Source: Candidatus Nanopelagicales bacterium
Lineage (GTDB): Bacteria; Actinomycetota; Actinomycetes; S36-B12
Assembly: GCA_018401415.1 (NCBI GenBank)
Contig: JAGYKV010000017.1
Location: 265,268-329,267 of the forward strand
DNA length: 64,000 nucleotides
Direction of reading: 5' to 3'
The position numbers were made by a program, and so were the translations under genes. Shown here one piece after another: positions 62,168 through 64,000 of the stretch; position 1 is the stretch's first letter, and each line of letters begins with the position of its first letter. Under the pieces are notes generated by a model. That model ran no database searches, was not told the DNA's origin, and worked only from the letters and a program-made list of their open reading frames with translations.

Positions 62168-63576
62168 AGTATTTCGAGAGCACCTGTTAGCACCGTCCGA
62201 AGCTTCTGTTCGATTTCATCGAATTCAGGTTGACCAATAATGAGTGGAGGAGCCAATTGAATAACAGGATCTCCTCGGTCGTCTGCACGACAGTAAAGAC
62301 CATTGTCAAAGAGCGCTTTGGAAAGGTATCCGCGAAGGAGCCTTTCACTTTCTTCTTCATTGAAAGTTTCGCGCGTGACCTTGTCTTTGACCAGTTCAAT
62401 GCCATAGAAGTATCCGGCACCGCGAATGTCTCCAACAATCGGTAAATCGCTCAGTTTCTCGAGGGTGCGGCGGAAATTGCCCTCATTGTTTAACACATTT
62501 TGATTCAGGCCCTCCCTTTCAAAAATATCTAGATTCGCCATGGCGACAGCTGCCGAGACAGGATGACCGCCCCAGGTATACCCATGAAGGAATGCGGTTG
62601 TTCCATTTTTGAAAGGCTCAAAAAGTCGGTCGCTGGCAATCATTGCCCCCAGTGGGGAGTAACCAGAGGTCATCCCTTTGGCGCAAGTAATGATGTCCGG
62701 TGTGACGCCAAATCTATTCATGGCAAAGAAGTCACCGATTCGGCCAAATGCAGTAATCGTTTCGTCTGCCACCATGAGTACGTCGTACTGATCGCAAATT
62801 TCCCGCACTCGTTCCAAATATCCGGGAGGGGGAGGAAAGCAGCCACCTGAGTTTTGCACTGGCTCAATAAAGACCGCAGCGACACTGTCGGGCCCTTCGA
62901 ACTCAATTGCTTCGGCAATCCGTTCGGCAGCCCAAAGACCAAATGCTTTTTCGTCTCCGCGGAATTCTTCGGGGGCTCGATAGAAATTTGTATTGGGTAC
63001 TTTTACCCCTCCGGGAACAAGGGGCTCAAAAGGAATTTTGGCCGCTGGAATGCCGGTGATACTCAACGCGCCCTGTGGTGTTCCGTGATACGCGATGGAG
63101 CGGCTAATCACCTTATACTTGGTCGGTTTTCCGGTGAGTTTAAAGTACTGCTTGGCAAGTTTCCAGGCTGTTTCAACAGCCTCGCCGCCTCCGGAAGTGA
63201 AAAATACTCTATTCAGATCGCCCGGCGCCATGTGGGCTAGGCGCTCTGCGAGCAAAATTGCCTGAGGGTGTGCATAAGACCAGATCGGGAAGAAGGCAAG
63301 CTCTTCGGCTTGTTTGGCTGCGGCCTGCGCGAGTTCCCTTCGCCCATGCCCTGCCTGAACGGTGAACAATCCTGAGAGTCCATCAAAGTATTTGTTCCCT
63401 TGGTCATCCCAAATGTAGGCACCGTCGCCCTTGGTAATAACGGGAACGTGTCCACCATCGAAATAGGTGGAATGCCTGGTGAAATGCATCCAGAGGTGAT
63501 CTCGAGCCTTGTCGGCCAATGAGTCGTGTCCCAGCTCGGTCACGTATTGCGGTGTAGTTGTCATCTGGTTCCCCAT
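62164..63576 (-). CDS. class III (omega-) aminotransferase
   Basis: 470 aa. GGGEAVETAWK, LMVADETITAFGRIG and the PLP-lysine context TCAKGMTSGYSPLG. The alternative ATG at 63564 would overlap the Lrp stop as ATGA. Confidence 0.85.
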   Translation of the reverse strand: MGNQMTTTPQYVTELGHDSLADKARDHLWMHFTRHSTYFDGGHVPVITKGDGAYIWDDQGNKYFDGLSGLFTVQAGHGRRELAQAAAKQAEELAFFPIWSYAHPQAILLAERLAHMAPGDLNRVFFTSGGGEAVETAWKLAKQYFKLTGKPTKYKVISRSIAYHGTPQGALSITGIPAAKIPFEPLVPGGVKVPNTNFYRAPEEFRGDEKAFGLWAAERIAEAIEFEGPDSVAAVFIEPVQNSGGCFPPPPGYLERVREICDQYDVLMVADETITAFGRIGDFFAMNRFGVTPDIITCAKGMTSGYSPLGAMIASDRLFEPFKNGTTAFLHGYTWGGHPVSAAVAMANLDIFEREGLNQNVLNNEGNFRRTLEKLSDLPIVGDIRGAGYFYGIELVKDKVTRETFNEEESERLLRGYLSKALFDNGLYCRADDRGDPVIQLAPPLIIGQPEFDEIEQKLRTVLTGALEIL

Positions 63577-64000
63577 GTGTAGGTTTGCTTGCGAAGGTTG
63601 AGGTACATAAATGTCTCTGTTGATAACACTCCGGGCATGGTTCGGATCTGTCGATTGACCACATCAAGTAGATGAGGATCGTCCTCTGTGACGCATTCAG
63701 CGAGGATGTCGTACTTTCCTGCCACCACGACCATGTAGGCAATCTCGGGTAGTTTCTCTAATTTATTTGCCACCGCATCTACATCGCCTTGTACGGTAAT
63801 TCCAATCATGGCTGATCTGGTGAAACCAACCTGTGTTGGATCAGTGACTGCCACGATTTGCATGATTCCCATGTCGTGCAGCTTTTGTACACGTTGTCGC
63901 ACCGCAGCTTCGGAGAGACCCACTGCTTTTCCAATGGTTGCGTAAGGGCGGCGACCGTCCTGTTGGAGTTGTTCAATAATGGCTTTAGAGGCGTCATCAA
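63561..64000 (-). CDS. Lrp/AsnC-family transcriptional regulator; 5' end outside the window
   Basis: The frame is open to the window edge and reads DDASKAIIEQLQQDGRRPYATIGKAVGLSEAAVRQRVQKL (HTH), followed by a RAM/AsnC C-terminal domain. Confidence 0.85.
   Translation of the reverse strand, partial: DDASKAIIEQLQQDGRRPYATIGKAVGLSEAAVRQRVQKLHDMGIMQIVAVTDPTQVGFTRSAMIGITVQGDVDAVANKLEKLPEIAYMVVVAGKYDILAECVTEDDPHLLDVVNRQIRTMPGVLSTETFMYLNLRKQTYTWGTR

Overview
This 64-kb window is a gene-dense, almost entirely housekeeping chromosomal segment from an Actinomycetota genome. GC content looks moderate, GTG/TTG starts are frequent, and many neighbouring genes share 1-4 nt start/stop overlaps.

From memory, the gene order is collinear with the M. 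tuberculosis Rv3003c-to-Rv2880c region but strongly compacted. The plus-strand backbone runs:
- ilvBNC, serA, (leuA on the minus strand), leuB, ilvE, cimA, an FAH-family gene, gltX, tRNA-Gln, tRNA-Glu, leuCD, hup
- (fbiD), plsC, gpsA, (a Cys/Met PLP enzyme), ddl, (DUF3515), thiL, (rpmB)
- DAK2, recG, rsmD, coaD, a sepIVA-like gene, yceD, rpmF, a small carrier-protein-like ORF, rnc, mutM, smc, (YhhN)
- ftsY, amt, glnK, glnD, ffh, rpsP, a KH gene, rimM, trmD, rplS, lepB x2, rnhB, yraN, yifB, dprA, xerC, (M23 peptidase)
- rpsB, tsf, pyrH, frr, cdsA, rlmN, a K+ channel

The only accessory-looking part is the last ~6.3 kb. It is a minus-strand operon: Lrp/AsnC regulator, class-III aminotransferase, PNPOx-like flavoprotein, FAD oxidoreductase, glutaryl-CoA dehydrogenase and a frameshifted family-III CoA-transferase.

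I see no rRNA, CRISPR array, transposase, prophage or defence genes, and no convincing evidence for a wholly new multi-gene system. The observations most worth follow-up are small-scale:
- a candidate Leu-codon leader peptide with an RBS-sequestering switch upstream of leuA
- a perfect 3 x 16-bp tandem repeat in the rpmF leader
- an orphan carrier-protein-like ORF between rpmF and rnc
- a 17-bp stem upstream of rplS
- a GlnR-type box upstream of amt
- a +1 frameshift in the CoA-transferase
- three convergent gene pairs whose coding 3' ends overlap by 37-58 nt

All family assignments rest on motif recognition by eye. No searches were run.
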